Of a stretch of 64,000 nt of DNA, positions 28,445 through 39,205 are shown in pieces (position 1 is the first letter of the stretch; every line of letters begins with the position of its first letter). The stretch covers positions 79,833 to 143,832 of the forward strand of contig CAYSUI010000001.1 in NCBI GenBank assembly GCA_964434195.1, read 5' to 3'. The notes beneath the pieces are model-generated. The model was not told the origin of the DNA. It did no database searches and saw only the letters and a program-made list of their open reading frames with translations. The stretch comes from an uncultured Candidatus Saccharibacteria bacterium. Its GTDB lineage: Bacteria; Patescibacteriota; Doudnabacteria; UBA920. The position numbers were made by a program, and so were the translations under genes.

Positions 28445-28460
28445 CCTCTTCCGGTCTTTT
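28428..28460 (+). terminator. Rho-independent terminator
   Basis: ccggaagagg-gttaa-cctcttccgg followed by TTTTTTT. Confidence 0.55.
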
Positions 28461-28461
28461 T

Positions 28462-30345
28462 TTACTCTTTTGGAACCTCTTTGTATTCTGCGTCTACAGG
28501 ACCTTGGTCTTTACCGGTTGAGCTATCGTCTTTATTAGCACTAGATGCGTCTGCACCACCCGTTTGAGAATTTGAATCTTGTTGATACATACTTGCCCCA
28601 ACTTTCTGAATCGCTTCGCTGAGTTCATCCATTGCTTTTTTTATAGCATCAATGTCTTCTTTGTCTTTTACTTCTTTCAAAGCTTTAATTTTTTCTTCTA
28701 CGAGAGCCTTGTCTTCTGGCTTTGCTTTATCGCCCGCATCTTTAAGAGTTTTTTCAGAAACACCTAAAAGCGTATCGGCGTGATTTCTAGTATCTACAGT
28801 TTCTTTGCGCTTTCTATCCTCCTCAGCAAACTGCTCTGCTTCTTTGCGCATTCTCTCCACTTCATCTTTATTCAAGTTACTGGAACCTTGAATAGTAATG
28901 TTTTGCTCTTTATTTGTTGCTTTATCTTTAGCACTGACTTTTAGAATACCGTTAGCATCTATATCAAAAGTAACTTCAACTTGAGGAATACCTCTTGGGG
29001 CTGGTGGGATACCATCCAAAATAAATCTACCTAAAGACTTATTGTCTTTTGCGAACTCTCTTTCACCCTGAAGCACATGAATTTCTACAGAAGTCTGGTT
29101 ATCTGCTGCTGTGGAAAATACCTGACTCTTACTGGTTGGAATGGTTGTGTTTCTGTCTATAATTGGAGTCCTTACGCCACCAAGAGTTTCAAGTCCGAGT
29201 GTAAGTGGGGTGACATCGAGAAGCAATATCTCTTTACCTTGCACATCACCACCAAGAACACCTGCTTGTACAGCAGCGCCTTTAGCAACAGCTTCCATAG
29301 GATCTACACCATGCTCTACTTGCTTGCCTACATAGTCTTCTACGAACTTTTGAACAGAAGGCATACGAGTAGGACCACCGATAAGAATAATCTTGTGAAT
29401 CTGTTGTGGGGTAAGCTTTGCGTCTGTAATAGCTTGCTCAACTGGTTTACGCATTCTCTCTATAATTGGCTTAACCAAGTCTTCTAACTTTGCTCGAGTA
29501 ATCTTCATTTGCATATGCTTTGGACCACTAGCATCCGCGGTTATGAAAGGAAGGTTAACCTCTGTTTCTAAAGTTGTAGAAAGTTCTATTTTAGCTTTTT
29601 CTGCCGCTTCTTTAACACGATTCATAGCCATCTTATCCGTAGTGATATCTATACCACCGTTTTCCGCTTTGAAAGTAGATGTAATAAAGTTTATTAAAGC
29701 TTCATCCATATCTCTTCCACCGAGCTTAGTGTCTCCACTTGTAGACATAACTTCGAAGGTCGCCTGACCATCGTGCTCACCGAAGTCCATAATAGTTACA
29801 TCGAGCGTTCCCCCACCAAGGTCAAAAACTAAAATTTTCTGATCCTGTGTACCGGTTTTGTCTATACCATAAGCAAATGCCGCTGCGGTTGGTTCGTTGA
29901 TAACACGAACTACTTCTAAACCGGCTATTTCACCTGCATTTTTCGTTGCTTGCCTTTGAGCATCATCAAAGTAAGCGGGTACGGTGATAACAGCTTTTTC
30001 TACTTTGTCGCCCAAGAAACTCTCGGCATCTTTTTTAATTTTCTGAAGAATAAATGCGCTAATCTGTTCTGGACTATACTCTTTTCCGTTAACATTGTAA
30101 CGAAAATTTGTACCCATTTTACGCTTAGCTTCAAAAATGGTTCCTTCGGGGTTTGTAACTGACTGTCTTCTTGCTGGCTCACCTACTAACAACTGCCCAT
30201 CTTTAGTAAAAGCTACATATGATGGGAAAGCCTTACCACCAAGAGAAGTCCCTTCTGCTGCCGGAATAATTACCGGCTTGCCGTCCTGAATAACAGAAGC
30301 AGCTGAGTTTGATGTTCCTAAATCTATTCCAATAATTTTTGGCAT
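28462..30345 (-). CDS. dnaK: molecular chaperone DnaK (Hsp70)
   Basis: Hsp70 signatures: [19 protein letters not shown], and the C-terminal substrate-binding and lid domains. Confidence 0.97.
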   Translation of the reverse strand: MPKIIGIDLGTSNSAASVIQDGKPVIIPAAEGTSLGGKAFPSYVAFTKDGQLLVGEPARRQSVTNPEGTIFEAKRKMGTNFRYNVNGKEYSPEQISAFILQKIKKDAESFLGDKVEKAVITVPAYFDDAQRQATKNAGEIAGLEVVRVINEPTAAAFAYGIDKTGTQDQKILVFDLGGGTLDVTIMDFGEHDGQATFEVMSTSGDTKLGGRDMDEALINFITSTFKAENGGIDITTDKMAMNRVKEAAEKAKIELSTTLETEVNLPFITADASGPKHMQMKITRAKLEDLVKPIIERMRKPVEQAITDAKLTPQQIHKIILIGGPTRMPSVQKFVEDYVGKQVEHGVDPMEAVAKGAAVQAGVLGGDVQGKEILLLDVTPLTLGLETLGGVRTPIIDRNTTIPTSKSQVFSTAADNQTSVEIHVLQGEREFAKDNKSLGRFILDGIPPAPRGIPQVEVTFDIDANGILKVSAKDKATNKEQNITIQGSSNLNKDEVERMRKEAEQFAEEDRKRKETVDTRNHADTLLGVSEKTLKDAGDKAKPEDKALVEEKIKALKEVKDKEDIDAIKKAMDELSEAIQKVGASMYQQDSNSQTGGADASSANKDDSSTGKDQGPVDAEYKEVPKE

Positions 30346-30346
30346 G

Positions 30347-30877
30347 TTAATTTCCTTTCTTCTTACTTATAACGACTTGTGTGGGGCGGATTACTTTTCC
30401 GTTTAGGATATAGCCGGTTTGGAGCTCTTCTACCACTGTGCCATCTTCTTCTGTGTCGGACTCTACCTCTTTTACGGCTTCGTGATAGTGAGGGTCAAAC
30501 CTTTCCCCTTTTGCTTCTATTTTTTTAATTCCTAAATCTTCTAAACTGGCTTCTATCATTTTCGCTGTACCTTCTACACCTTTTAGCCATTGGGCATATT
30601 TGTTTCCTAAATCTTCCGAATCTGGATGAGGGGCATAACGCATCATCTGAGCTAGAGTATCTAGGCTTGGCATCATTTTTGCCACCGTAACCTCTCTTGC
30701 GAAAGCAATAAGCTCCTTGCTCTCTTCTTCTTTTCTACGCTTAAAGTTTTCCAAGTCAGCCGCTGCGCGCTTCCAACCATTTAGATTCATTTCCGCCTCT
30801 TCTTTGGCTTCGGCTAATTGTCTTCCAATATCTGACTCTTCTGTATTTGGTTGTGTATTGTTTTGTTGGTCTTCCAT
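30347..30877 (-). CDS. grpE: nucleotide exchange factor GrpE
   Basis: Coiled-coil N-terminus and GrpE core (NFKRR...MPSLDTL...HEAV). Sits directly upstream of dnaK. Confidence 0.9.
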   Translation of the reverse strand: MEDQQNNTQPNTEESDIGRQLAEAKEEAEMNLNGWKRAAADLENFKRRKEEESKELIAFAREVTVAKMMPSLDTLAQMMRYAPHPDSEDLGNKYAQWLKGVEGTAKMIEASLEDLGIKKIEAKGERFDPHYHEAVKEVESDTEEDGTVVEELQTGYILNGKVIRPTQVVISKKKGN

Positions 30878-30893
30878 AGTTTAATTGACAAGA

Positions 30894-30919
30894 TTGAACA
30901 AGATTTAAATGATTTAAAT
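30894..30919. promoter_or_regulatory. 25-26-nt AT-rich motif shared with 59292-59316 (copy upstream of grpE start)
   Basis: On the minus (coding) strand it reads cATTTAAATCATTTAAATCTTGTTCAA, about 15 nt upstream of the grpE ATG. The same motif in the same orientation lies upstream of rpsR. Confidence 0.4.
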
Positions 30920-30927
30920 GAATGAAA

Positions 30928-31674
30928 CTATTTATTATTTCCCCCTCCGAGGAGTTTACTAATGTATTCCATAAGACTTAAGTTTTTTTCATATTTCATA
31001 CTTTTAGGACCTATAAGACCGAGTACACCTTTTTTACCTGAGGGAAGTTTTAGACCGGAGACTATCATACTGTAGTCACTACCCTTACTTAGAGAAACTT
31101 CTTTCACTTCACTACCTATAACAGCTTTGGGAACTTTTTCACCACTATACTCTTTTAACAACTCAGGAGCTCTTTCGTCTATTTGATCGAAGAATTCAGC
31201 AACAGCCCTTGCATCTTCTTGGGTAAGTTTAGGATCGTCTAATAAATTTGATATACCTACAGCCGAAGACTCTTCTGGAAAGAGGGCAAAACTTGCTCCA
31301 CCACTTATTTCTGCAGTTAACTTTGCCAAACGCCTGGTAATTTCCATGTTTACAGACTGTAGCTTGTGGATCTCCATTTTAAGCCTTTCCTGTTCCTTGG
31401 CAGAAAGCTTTACCCTCTCCATGAGTTCATTTACAAAAAAACGATAACCTTTGTCTGTAGGAACACGACCTGCTGAGGTGTGTGGCTGGTGAATGTAACC
31501 TGATTTTTCCAAGACCTGCATTTCATTTCTAATAGTGGGCCCCGAAACATCGAAATAGCCCTTATCTACCAAATCCTTACTAGCAACTGGTTCGCTATTC
31601 TCACTGTATTCTTTTACTATGGCTGCCAATATTTTTGCTTGTCTTATTGAAAGCTCTGAGCCTATTTTTGTCAT
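30928..31674 (-). CDS. hrcA: heat-inducible transcription repressor HrcA
   Basis: N-terminal winged-helix region (SIRQAKILAAIVKEYSENSEPVASKDL...GPTIRNEMQVLEKSGYI) matches HrcA. Start placed at the internal Met (MTKIGSEL) because the track's longer start overlaps the CIRCE operator. Confidence 0.8.
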   Translation of the reverse strand: MTKIGSELSIRQAKILAAIVKEYSENSEPVASKDLVDKGYFDVSGPTIRNEMQVLEKSGYIHQPHTSAGRVPTDKGYRFFVNELMERVKLSAKEQERLKMEIHKLQSVNMEITRRLAKLTAEISGGASFALFPEESSAVGISNLLDDPKLTQEDARAVAEFFDQIDERAPELLKEYSGEKVPKAVIGSEVKEVSLSKGSDYSMIVSGLKLPSGKKGVLGLIGPKSMKYEKNLSLMEYISKLLGGGNNK

Positions 31675-31694
31675 GAAAGTAATATAAAAAAAAA

Positions 31695-31721
31695 TTATCA
31701 CTCTGTCAAGATGAGTGATAA
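31695..31721. promoter_or_regulatory. CIRCE-like operator (HrcA binding site), variant TTATCACTC-N9-GAGTGATAA
   Basis: Perfect 9-nt inverted repeat with 9-nt spacer immediately upstream of hrcA. Differs from the canonical TTAGCACTC-N9-GAGTGCTAA by one mirrored position (G to T). Confidence 0.7.
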
Positions 31722-31746
31722 TGCACTAACTTACTGCTTTTGGACA

Positions 31747-32013
31747 CTAACTTTGCAGGCTGGAATCGTTATTTATCCCCCTTGTTTCAATTTTGCTTTT
31801 TTTGTAACTCTGTAGCAGGCAGTAGACTGCTAATACCAGAGTTAATCCTCCAAATGCGACAGAGACTACAGTCCATAAAATACTATGTCCTGTTGTTGCT
31901 GCCGTTATTATGAGCGAACCACCGAGGCACGAACTCATGGCTGCAATTAGAAATAACCCATACGCTGTGGATTCATTAATTTTGCACCTGAGTTCTTTTA
32001 CTAACTTATTCAT
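31747..32013 (-). CDS. small membrane protein (hypothetical)
   Basis: 88 aa with two TM helices. Confidence 0.35.
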   Translation of the reverse strand: MNKLVKELRCKINESTAYGLFLIAAMSSCLGGSLIITAATTGHSILWTVVSVAFGGLTLVLAVYCLLQSYKKSKIETRGINNDSSLQS

Positions 32014-32141
32014 TCAAACCTCCAAGTTGTTAGGGGTGTATATTAGCAAAAGTAAACTGAATTCTCAACTATCTGAGCATAATCAGGTTGACAAATTGCA
32101 ATGTAAAGTTTATTTTACATATAGGGTAATTAAATAACTAT

Positions 32142-32699
32142 ATGAATTTAAAGAATACTATTGGAATCTTAATCTGTGTTTTAATATTTGCACTTGGATT
32201 ACTTTTCCTACACCGAGGAGATTTTAACAAAGCAGAAATCAACCCAAAAAATTCATCACTTAATACATTAGACGAGAACAGGAAAATCATCCCTGAAATA
32301 AAAGAAGACCAAACTCAAGCTAAAGGAGCATCTGTAAACAATTCCATAACAAACCAGACTCCAAGCACAGAAAATGCGGATATATCACACGGTGATTATA
32401 AAGACTACACAGAAGATTCTGTGTCCAAGGAATCTCAAAATGGTAAAAAAGTAGTTTTATTCTTTTACGCATCCTGGTGTCCATATTGCAGAGATGCAGA
32501 TGGTGTTTTTAAAAATAGATTAAAGGATATTCCTAGCAATGTAACGATACTAAAAACCGACTTTGATACCGAGAAAGAACTAAAGAAAAAGTATGGGATC
32601 ACCTATCAGCATACTTTTGTCCAGGTAGATTCTAATGGCTTATTAATTACCAAGTGGAACGGTGGTGACTTAGAGAATTTAAATAAATATATAAAATAA
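32142..32699 (+). CDS. membrane-anchored thioredoxin-fold protein (TlpA/thiol:disulfide oxidoreductase-like)
   Basis: N-terminal TM anchor. Thioredoxin active site WCPYC in LFFYASWCPYCRD. Confidence 0.75.
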   Translation: MNLKNTIGILICVLIFALGLLFLHRGDFNKAEINPKNSSLNTLDENRKIIPEIKEDQTQAKGASVNNSITNQTPSTENADISHGDYKDYTEDSVSKESQNGKKVVLFFYASWCPYCRDADGVFKNRLKDIPSNVTILKTDFDTEKELKKKYGITYQHTFVQVDSNGLLITKWNGGDLENLNKYIK

Positions 32700-34400
32700 A
32701 TGGTACAAATTTTATTAGCCTTACTCGCCGGCATACTTACTGTATCTGCCCCTTGCATCCTACTCCCCTTACCTATCCTATTTGGTGCTTCGGTAGGCCA
32801 AACGAGTAAAACTCGTCCAATTTTCATTACTCTGGGTTTTATAACCACTTTTTCAATACTTGCACTTGGTCTGCAGTATGCAGTTTCAAAGTTTGGAATT
32901 AATCCGAATTACATCCGTAATACAGCGGCTTTTGTCTTACTTGTAATGTCAGGGTTTATGATTTGGCCAAAACCATTTGAGATTTTAATGTCTCATATGA
33001 GCGGATTAATCACTAAGGCATCTGGTATTAGCAAGAGTGCAGGTAGTGGAAATGCGGGCGGTTTTATTACTGGTGTTGTTATTGGGGCTGTTTGGGCACC
33101 ATGCGCAGGACCTATCCTTGCTTCTATCATCACGCTGATTATTTTTCAACAAGAAACTTTTCGAGCAGGAGTACTGCTAATTGCGTATGCTATAGGAGCA
33201 GGCATTCCTATGCTACTAATTGCTTATGGGGGACAGACTTTAACCACTAGGATAAAATCGATAGCTAAATACTCCAACAAAATCCAACAAGCTTTCGGGG
33301 TAATACTTATTTTTGTAGCAACTAGTATATTTTTTCAATACGATACTTATATCCAAGCCTGGTTATTGGAAAGAGTACCTTTCTTAGGGGCAGGGTTAGA
33401 AAAAAGTATCTTAGGTGAGAAAAACTTAAGTGAAGTAAAAAACAAGGACAATTCGAATACCACACTGGAAGAAGAGTATAAGGAAAGACAATCACAAACA
33501 GTCATGAAGACCGAATTAGATGTGTATGGGAAAGCACCAGAGATTAGAGGCATCACTAACTGGATAAATTCAAACCCGCTTACTTTAGCCGAACTAAAAG
33601 GAAAAGTTGTACTGGTAGACTTTTGGACCTACTCGTGCATTAACTGTATTCGCACATTACCGTATGTGACAAATTGGTACAATAAATATAAAGATCAAGG
33701 CTTTGTTGTTATCGGAATTCACGCGCCGGAATTTGAGTTTGAGAAAATAAATAGCAACGTAGAGAAGGCTGTGAAGCGATACAATATTCACTATCCTGTA
33801 GCACAAGATAATGGTTTTGCCACATGGAGAGCATATAGTAACCAATTCTGGCCTGCTCACTATTTAATAGACAAGAACGGTGATGTTGTTTATACCCATT
33901 TTGGTGAAGGAAAATATGAGATAACAGAAAATAATATTAGATATTTACTGGGTTTAGAAGTCGGAACAGAGACCACGGACGTATCTAAACTTAACCAGAT
34001 AAAATCTCCAGAGATGTATTTTGGTTTAAACAGACTTGAGAATTTGTCATCGGGACAACGAGCAAGTGCGGATGCGTATGACTATATAATACCGAATAGG
34101 CTTGATGTAAATAATTTTGCTCTTTCAGGAAAGTGGAAGTTTGACCAAGATAAAGCTATTTTCCTCGGAAGTCAGGGTAAAATTAAACTACATTTTAATT
34201 CCGCCAAAGTGCACATGGTAGCAGAAAGTTCGAAAGCACAAACTATTTTAGTTAAAGTAGATGACAAGCCTCCAGTGCTAATTAACATTGCTGGTTCTGA
34301 CCTATATACACTCTTCGACTCAGAAGAGTATAGAGAACACGTAATGGAAATAACCATTCCCGAAGCCGGCTTTGAAGCATTCACATTTACGTTTGGATAG
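32700..34400 (+). CDS. CcdA/DsbD-like transmembrane thiol:disulfide transporter fused to a redoxin (TlpA/ResA-like) domain
   Basis: N-terminal polytopic domain with the two conserved membrane Cys (SAPCILLP and WAPCAGPILA). Then a thioredoxin-like domain with CxxC (FWTYSCINCIRTLP), followed by a C-terminal beta domain. Confidence 0.8.
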   Translation: MVQILLALLAGILTVSAPCILLPLPILFGASVGQTSKTRPIFITLGFITTFSILALGLQYAVSKFGINPNYIRNTAAFVLLVMSGFMIWPKPFEILMSHMSGLITKASGISKSAGSGNAGGFITGVVIGAVWAPCAGPILASIITLIIFQQETFRAGVLLIAYAIGAGIPMLLIAYGGQTLTTRIKSIAKYSNKIQQAFGVILIFVATSIFFQYDTYIQAWLLERVPFLGAGLEKSILGEKNLSEVKNKDNSNTTLEEEYKERQSQTVMKTELDVYGKAPEIRGITNWINSNPLTLAELKGKVVLVDFWTYSCINCIRTLPYVTNWYNKYKDQGFVVIGIHAPEFEFEKINSNVEKAVKRYNIHYPVAQDNGFATWRAYSNQFWPAHYLIDKNGDVVYTHFGEGKYEITENNIRYLLGLEVGTETTDVSKLNQIKSPEMYFGLNRLENLSSGQRASADAYDYIIPNRLDVNNFALSGKWKFDQDKAIFLGSQGKIKLHFNSAKVHMVAESSKAQTILVKVDDKPPVLINIAGSDLYTLFDSEEYREHVMEITIPEAGFEAFTFTFG

Positions 34401-34410
34401 CGCTTCGCTT

Positions 34411-34458
34411 ATGAGGGAAGAAACCCCTCACATCCGTTCGTAGGGTTTCCTCCCTCAT
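34411..34458. other. long imperfect inverted repeat (stem-loop) between the DsbD-like gene and the XRE regulator
   Basis: atgagggaagaaaccc ... gggtttcctccctcat, 15/16 complementary with a 16-nt loop. No flanking T-run, so terminator or operator function is unclear. Confidence 0.3.
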
Positions 34459-34539
34459 GACTCCTACTTTCCTAAGCTTCCTTTCGAACACGGTAAAGCC
34501 TGATTCGAAAGGAGCTATAAATTACTTAATACATTCAAG

Positions 34540-34737
34540 ATGAGCATACACAACAAGGTAAAAGAATATAGGGTTGGGGCGGGGGTTACTCAGGAGGAGC
34601 TGGCTGAAACCGTTTCTGTTTCTAGGCAGACCATTATTGCCATTGAGAAGGGTAACTATACCCCCTCACTTCTTCTGGCAATGCAATTGGCTAAATTTTT
34701 TAAGGTTTCTGTTGAAGAACTATTTATTTTGAAATGA
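34540..34737 (+). CDS. XRE-family (Cro/CI-type) HTH transcriptional regulator
   Basis: 65 aa. GVTQEELAETVSVSRQTIIAIEKGNYTPSLLLAMQLAKFF is a canonical XRE HTH. Confidence 0.85.
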   Translation: MSIHNKVKEYRVGAGVTQEELAETVSVSRQTIIAIEKGNYTPSLLLAMQLAKFFKVSVEELFILK

Positions 34738-34788
34738 TATACTGAGACTAATCTTTCTTCTAAATTCTTCATTCTTTATTCTAAGCAT

Positions 34789-35148
34789 ATGAAAATACTT
34801 CTCTATTATATTGCCTTACTTATCCTAATTGCTCTTGTAACTGGCTTCCTGCTCTCCACAGGGGGCAGTTCTATGAGCATGAATCAAATGATTACTATTT
34901 CTAGTTTTCTTATTCTTTATACTGTTGGAATTTCTTTTGTAGGTGAAATGAAAGCGGAAGACGAAAGAGATTTAAGTCACAAATTTACTGCTAGTCGCGC
35001 TGGAAATATTGCTGGTACGATTATTATCTCTATTGCCATTCTTGTACAACTATTTACAAAAAATTTAGATTACTGGTTACTTGCAGGTTTAATAGGAATT
35101 AATGTAACCAAAATTGTAAGCCTTATCTATTTGAATTACAGGAAATAA
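34789..35148 (+). CDS. membrane protein (hypothetical) paired with the XRE regulator
   Basis: 119 aa with three or four TM helices, 51 nt downstream of the XRE gene. Confidence 0.45.
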   Translation: MKILLYYIALLILIALVTGFLLSTGGSSMSMNQMITISSFLILYTVGISFVGEMKAEDERDLSHKFTASRAGNIAGTIIISIAILVQLFTKNLDYWLLAGLIGINVTKIVSLIYLNYRK

Positions 35149-35185
35149 ACTAAAAAACCTTGGTTAGAAAATAAAAAACCGGAAT

Positions 35186-35884
35186 TTACTCCGGATTATC
35201 TACCAAAATTAACGCCCACCAGTTTTGGTTTCTCATAAAGATCTCCGCAGAAGCAGACAGGCAATCTACAATATCTTTTTCTAAGTCGACTGAAAACCGG
35301 CTTTTTTTATTAACCGCAGTGTGGGTAACCAATATATTCGCAGCGGCCATGGAAACGGACAAGGAATCTATGGCACTGGGAATTTTTCCGCAACAAACAG
35401 GGACAGAGAGTTTTATTTTTTCTGATAGACATGGAGCGAAGGTTTTATCTAACTCACAGACATCATCGAGATGATGCCAGAAAATCCATTGCTCTCTCCT
35501 TATGACCCCAGACTCTTGAACGTAATGCCTTAGAGCGTGCAATAGATCTAACCATACCCAAAGAAGAAATTCAAAACTTGGACCTGTTTTTATATATGTA
35601 GCACTTATAAGCTTCTCATTGAGAGCAATGGCAAAAGGAACTCTCGTAATGTTATCACCGTCTATAACACTTACATTTCTTACAAGGCGACATGTGGTTT
35701 TATAATTTTCATCTGGGTCGACAACAACCCATATATCTGGTTTATTTAGCGATGTAATAAGCCTACCTAACCAATACGCGTTAACCGATAGAAAATGAAT
35801 AGGACAGAAGTGTCCGTTTTCACTTTCAAATCTCCCCCATAGTTCTTGCATAGTATTTCCTCCTGTGTTTTCTATATGCAACAT
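35186..35884 (-). CDS. hypothetical protein; higher GC
   Basis: 232-aa ORF. No motif recognised. Confidence 0.4.
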   Translation of the reverse strand: MLHIENTGGNTMQELWGRFESENGHFCPIHFLSVNAYWLGRLITSLNKPDIWVVVDPDENYKTTCRLVRNVSVIDGDNITRVPFAIALNEKLISATYIKTGPSFEFLLWVWLDLLHALRHYVQESGVIRREQWIFWHHLDDVCELDKTFAPCLSEKIKLSVPVCCGKIPSAIDSLSVSMAAANILVTHTAVNKKSRFSVDLEKDIVDCLSASAEIFMRNQNWWALILVDNPE

Positions 35885-35936
35885 AGATGAAAGTCAGTAT
35901 AAATTTAAAAGCACGCTTTTTCAAGCGCGCTTTTTA

Positions 35937-38777
35937 TTACTTTAAAATCTTTTTTAAATACTGACCTGTGTAACTACCTTTTACTTTCGCAACATCTTCT
36001 GGGGTACCTGCGGCTACTAGCAACCCGCCTTTATCCCCACCTTCCGGACCCATGTCGACTATCCAGTCACAAGTTTTTATGAGGTCTAAGTTATGTTCAA
36101 TAACAACTACAGTATTACCTTTCTCTACTAATTTATTCAGAACTGAATTAAGTCTCTTAACATCCGCAAAATGTAGACCCGTAGTTGGCTCGTCTAAGAT
36201 GTAGAGAGTTTTACCTGTAGAAGCCCTAGCAAGCTCTGAGGCGAGTTTTATTCTTTGCGCCTCTCCTCCACTAAGAGTAGTTGCATTTTGACCTAGGTGC
36301 ATATAACCAAGACCAACTTCTGATAGTGTATCTAGCTTTTTATGAATAGAAGGAATACTGGAAAAGAAAACCCTTGCTTCATCTACTGTCATATTTAAAA
36401 CATCTGAAATTGTTTTCTCTTTATAATGTATCTCTAATGCTTCCCTGTTGTAGCGCTTACCATGACATTCCTCACAAGTAATATATACGTCGGGTAAGAA
36501 ATTCATTTCAACTTTTATAACACCATCACCAGCACATTTTTCACAGCGACCACCTTTTACATTGAAGCTAAAGCGGCCACTCTTATAACCTTTCATCTTA
36601 GCTTCTTTGGTTTCTGCGAATAGATCTCTAATAAATGTAAACACCCCTGTATAGGTTGCTGGGTTACTTCTTGGAGTTCTACCTATCGGACTTTGGTCGA
36701 TATTGATAACTTTGTCTATGTGTTCAATACCGAGAATTTTTTTATGTTTACCTGGCTCGTCCTTACTATTCCAGAAATATTTTGAGAGGGCGCGTGCAAG
36801 TATGTCGTTCAACAAAGTAGACTTTCCACTTCCAGATACACCAGTAATACAAACAAACTTACCTAGAGGAATATCTACGTTTACATTTTTTAAGTTAAAT
36901 TCTTCTGCGCCAAATATTTGAATTTTCTTACCGTTTCCTGCTCTTCTTTTTTTAGGGACCTCTATGGATTCCTTACCCGAGAGAAACATTCCAGTAATAG
37001 ACTTTGGATTAGCTGCGATTTGTTTAGGAGTACCTATGGCAACCAATTCTCCACCGTGCTTACCTGCCCCGGGTCCAATATCTACCACCCAGTCGGATTC
37101 TAATATAGTCTCTTCGTCGTGCTCTACTACAATAACAGTATTACCCAAGTCTCTTAGTTCCTTAAGAGTTTTGAGTAATCGTCCGTTATCGCGTTGGTGC
37201 AACCCAATACTTGGTTCATCTAATATATAGAGAACTCCAGTAAGACCCGACCCAATCTGAGTTGCCAACCTTATACGCTGTGCTTCCCCACCGCTTAAGG
37301 TGTCGGCTGCACGATCGAGAGATAAATAAGACAAACCTACATTTAGTAGGAAAGAAAGTCTTGCCGTTATTTCTTTGAGGATCATTTTGGCAATAGTGTT
37401 CTCTTTCTGGTTGAGCTTTTTGGGTAATGTACTAAAGAAACTTTCTGCTGCCTCGATGGTCATTTTAGAAACCTCAACAATGCTTTTTTCACAAACACTA
37501 ACAGCCAAAACTTCAGGCTTGAGTCTTGCACCCTTACATGTTGGGCAGGTTCTAATACGCATGAAATTTTCTATTTCACCGCGCATATAATCGGACTCAG
37601 TTTCCTTGTATTTCCTTTCAAGATTTGGTATCACACCTTCAAATACTGCACTGTAACCATACTCTTCTGAAAAACCGCCATCTACTCGAATTTTCTTCTC
37701 GCCAGTACCATTCAATATAATATCGATATGTTTCTGCGCTAATTCTTTTACAGGTGTATTAACAGAAAAGCCGTATTCTGCAGCAACCGCTTCTAAAACT
37801 TTACTGTACCAAGACATCCTAGAAGTGGTTTTACTCCAAGGCCTAATTGCACCTTCAGCTAATGTAAGTCGCTTATTAGGTATAACTAAATCTGGTTCAA
37901 CTGTTAGTTTATGACCAAGACCTTTACATTCAGGACATGCTCCATGAGGACTGTTAAATGAAAAGTCTCTTGGATCTAGCTCACCTAACTGTATATGCCC
38001 GTCTGGACATGCAAATTTTTGTGAAAGTATTATTTCTTTTTCTTTTTCTTTCTCAGTAACTAATGCAGTAGCCAATCCCTCTCCTAGATGCAAGGACTTT
38101 TCTAAACTTTCAGAAATACGACCCCTGTTTTCTGGATCGATCGTTATACGGTCTACTACTACTTCTATGGAATGTTTTTTCTGTTTGTCTAGTTGGATGG
38201 CCAGAGCCTCGTTCATATCCATTATGGTGCCGTCCACACGCACACGACTAAAACCTGCGCGTCTAACTTGCTCAAAGACATGCTTATGCTCACCCTTCTG
38301 ATCTCTAATAAGTGGACCCAAAAGGACAACCTTAGTACCAACAGGCAGAGTAACCAAATGGTCCGTCATGGCCTGAATTGTTTGCCCAGATATTTTTTTA
38401 CCACATACAGGACAATGTGGAATTCCGATACGAGCGTATAAAAGACGAAGATAATCGTAAATTTCAGTAACAGTACCCACAGTAGAGCGTGGGTTATGAC
38501 TCGCAGATTTCTGGTCTATAGAAATAGCCGGAGAAAGCCCCTCTATTTTATCTACGTCTGGTTTATCCATTAGACCTATAAATTGCCTAGCGTAAGCGCT
38601 TAGGGATTCTACATAACGTCTCTGACCCTCGGCGTAAACAGTATCAAAAGCTAACGACGATTTACCCGAACCTGAAAGCCCAGTCATAACGATTAGCTTG
38701 TTTCTTGGCAAATCTACGTCGATATTTTTTAAGTTGTGTTGACGAGCACCTCTTATAATGATTTTGTCTGCGGACAT
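35937..38777 (-). CDS. uvrA: excinuclease ABC subunit A
   Basis: Two ABC ATPase modules ([14 protein letters not shown]; [10 protein letters not shown]) and UvrA zinc fingers (CPxCxGxG, CEKCAGDG). Start placed at Met20 ([10 protein letters not shown]). Confidence 0.97.
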   Translation of the reverse strand: MSADKIIIRGARQHNLKNIDVDLPRNKLIVMTGLSGSGKSSLAFDTVYAEGQRRYVESLSAYARQFIGLMDKPDVDKIEGLSPAISIDQKSASHNPRSTVGTVTEIYDYLRLLYARIGIPHCPVCGKKISGQTIQAMTDHLVTLPVGTKVVLLGPLIRDQKGEHKHVFEQVRRAGFSRVRVDGTIMDMNEALAIQLDKQKKHSIEVVVDRITIDPENRGRISESLEKSLHLGEGLATALVTEKEKEKEIILSQKFACPDGHIQLGELDPRDFSFNSPHGACPECKGLGHKLTVEPDLVIPNKRLTLAEGAIRPWSKTTSRMSWYSKVLEAVAAEYGFSVNTPVKELAQKHIDIILNGTGEKKIRVDGGFSEEYGYSAVFEGVIPNLERKYKETESDYMRGEIENFMRIRTCPTCKGARLKPEVLAVSVCEKSIVEVSKMTIEAAESFFSTLPKKLNQKENTIAKMILKEITARLSFLLNVGLSYLSLDRAADTLSGGEAQRIRLATQIGSGLTGVLYILDEPSIGLHQRDNGRLLKTLKELRDLGNTVIVVEHDEETILESDWVVDIGPGAGKHGGELVAIGTPKQIAANPKSITGMFLSGKESIEVPKKRRAGNGKKIQIFGAEEFNLKNVNVDIPLGKFVCITGVSGSGKSTLLNDILARALSKYFWNSKDEPGKHKKILGIEHIDKVINIDQSPIGRTPRSNPATYTGVFTFIRDLFAETKEAKMKGYKSGRFSFNVKGGRCEKCAGDGVIKVEMNFLPDVYITCEECHGKRYNREALEIHYKEKTISDVLNMTVDEARVFFSSIPSIHKKLDTLSEVGLGYMHLGQNATTLSGGEAQRIKLASELARASTGKTLYILDEPTTGLHFADVKRLNSVLNKLVEKGNTVVVIEHNLDLIKTCDWIVDMGPEGGDKGGLLVAAGTPEDVAKVKGSYTGQYLKKILK

Positions 38778-38899
38778 AATATAGATAGTATTTATTAAGA
38801 CACAAACTGGGATTAAGCCTAGCATGAATGTCAAGAGAATTCAATAGACTAGGGATAAACGAATATAAAAAAAGACTTGGCTTCCCAAGCTTTACTATA

Positions 38900-39205
38900 C
38901 TAATCTCCGGCCGTGGCCAACTGTCTTTGGTCCGGCTCATTTTGAGCCATGGATTTTTTGGTCTTCTTCCTCTGGAGATACCTGTTTATTAGGGGCACAA
39001 TAATAAAGGGGCTTAATATCGAATAGTAGAACAGATACCAAAGAGGTGTTCCCCAAGTGAAATATCCCATTGCCATGAAGGATAACTTTTCTATACTTGC
39101 GTTAGGATGAAAACACAAGGAGACTAAAAACCAAAAAATATAGCCCACTACCAACCAGAATGGTAAATACCTCCAGGACGTGAATAATTTAAATACCCAA
39201 TGCAT
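38900..39205 (-). CDS. small membrane protein (hypothetical)
   Basis: 101 aa with three TM helices. Confidence 0.35.
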   Translation of the reverse strand: MHWVFKLFTSWRYLPFWLVVGYIFWFLVSLCFHPNASIEKLSFMAMGYFTWGTPLWYLFYYSILSPFIIVPLINRYLQRKKTKKSMAQNEPDQRQLATAGD

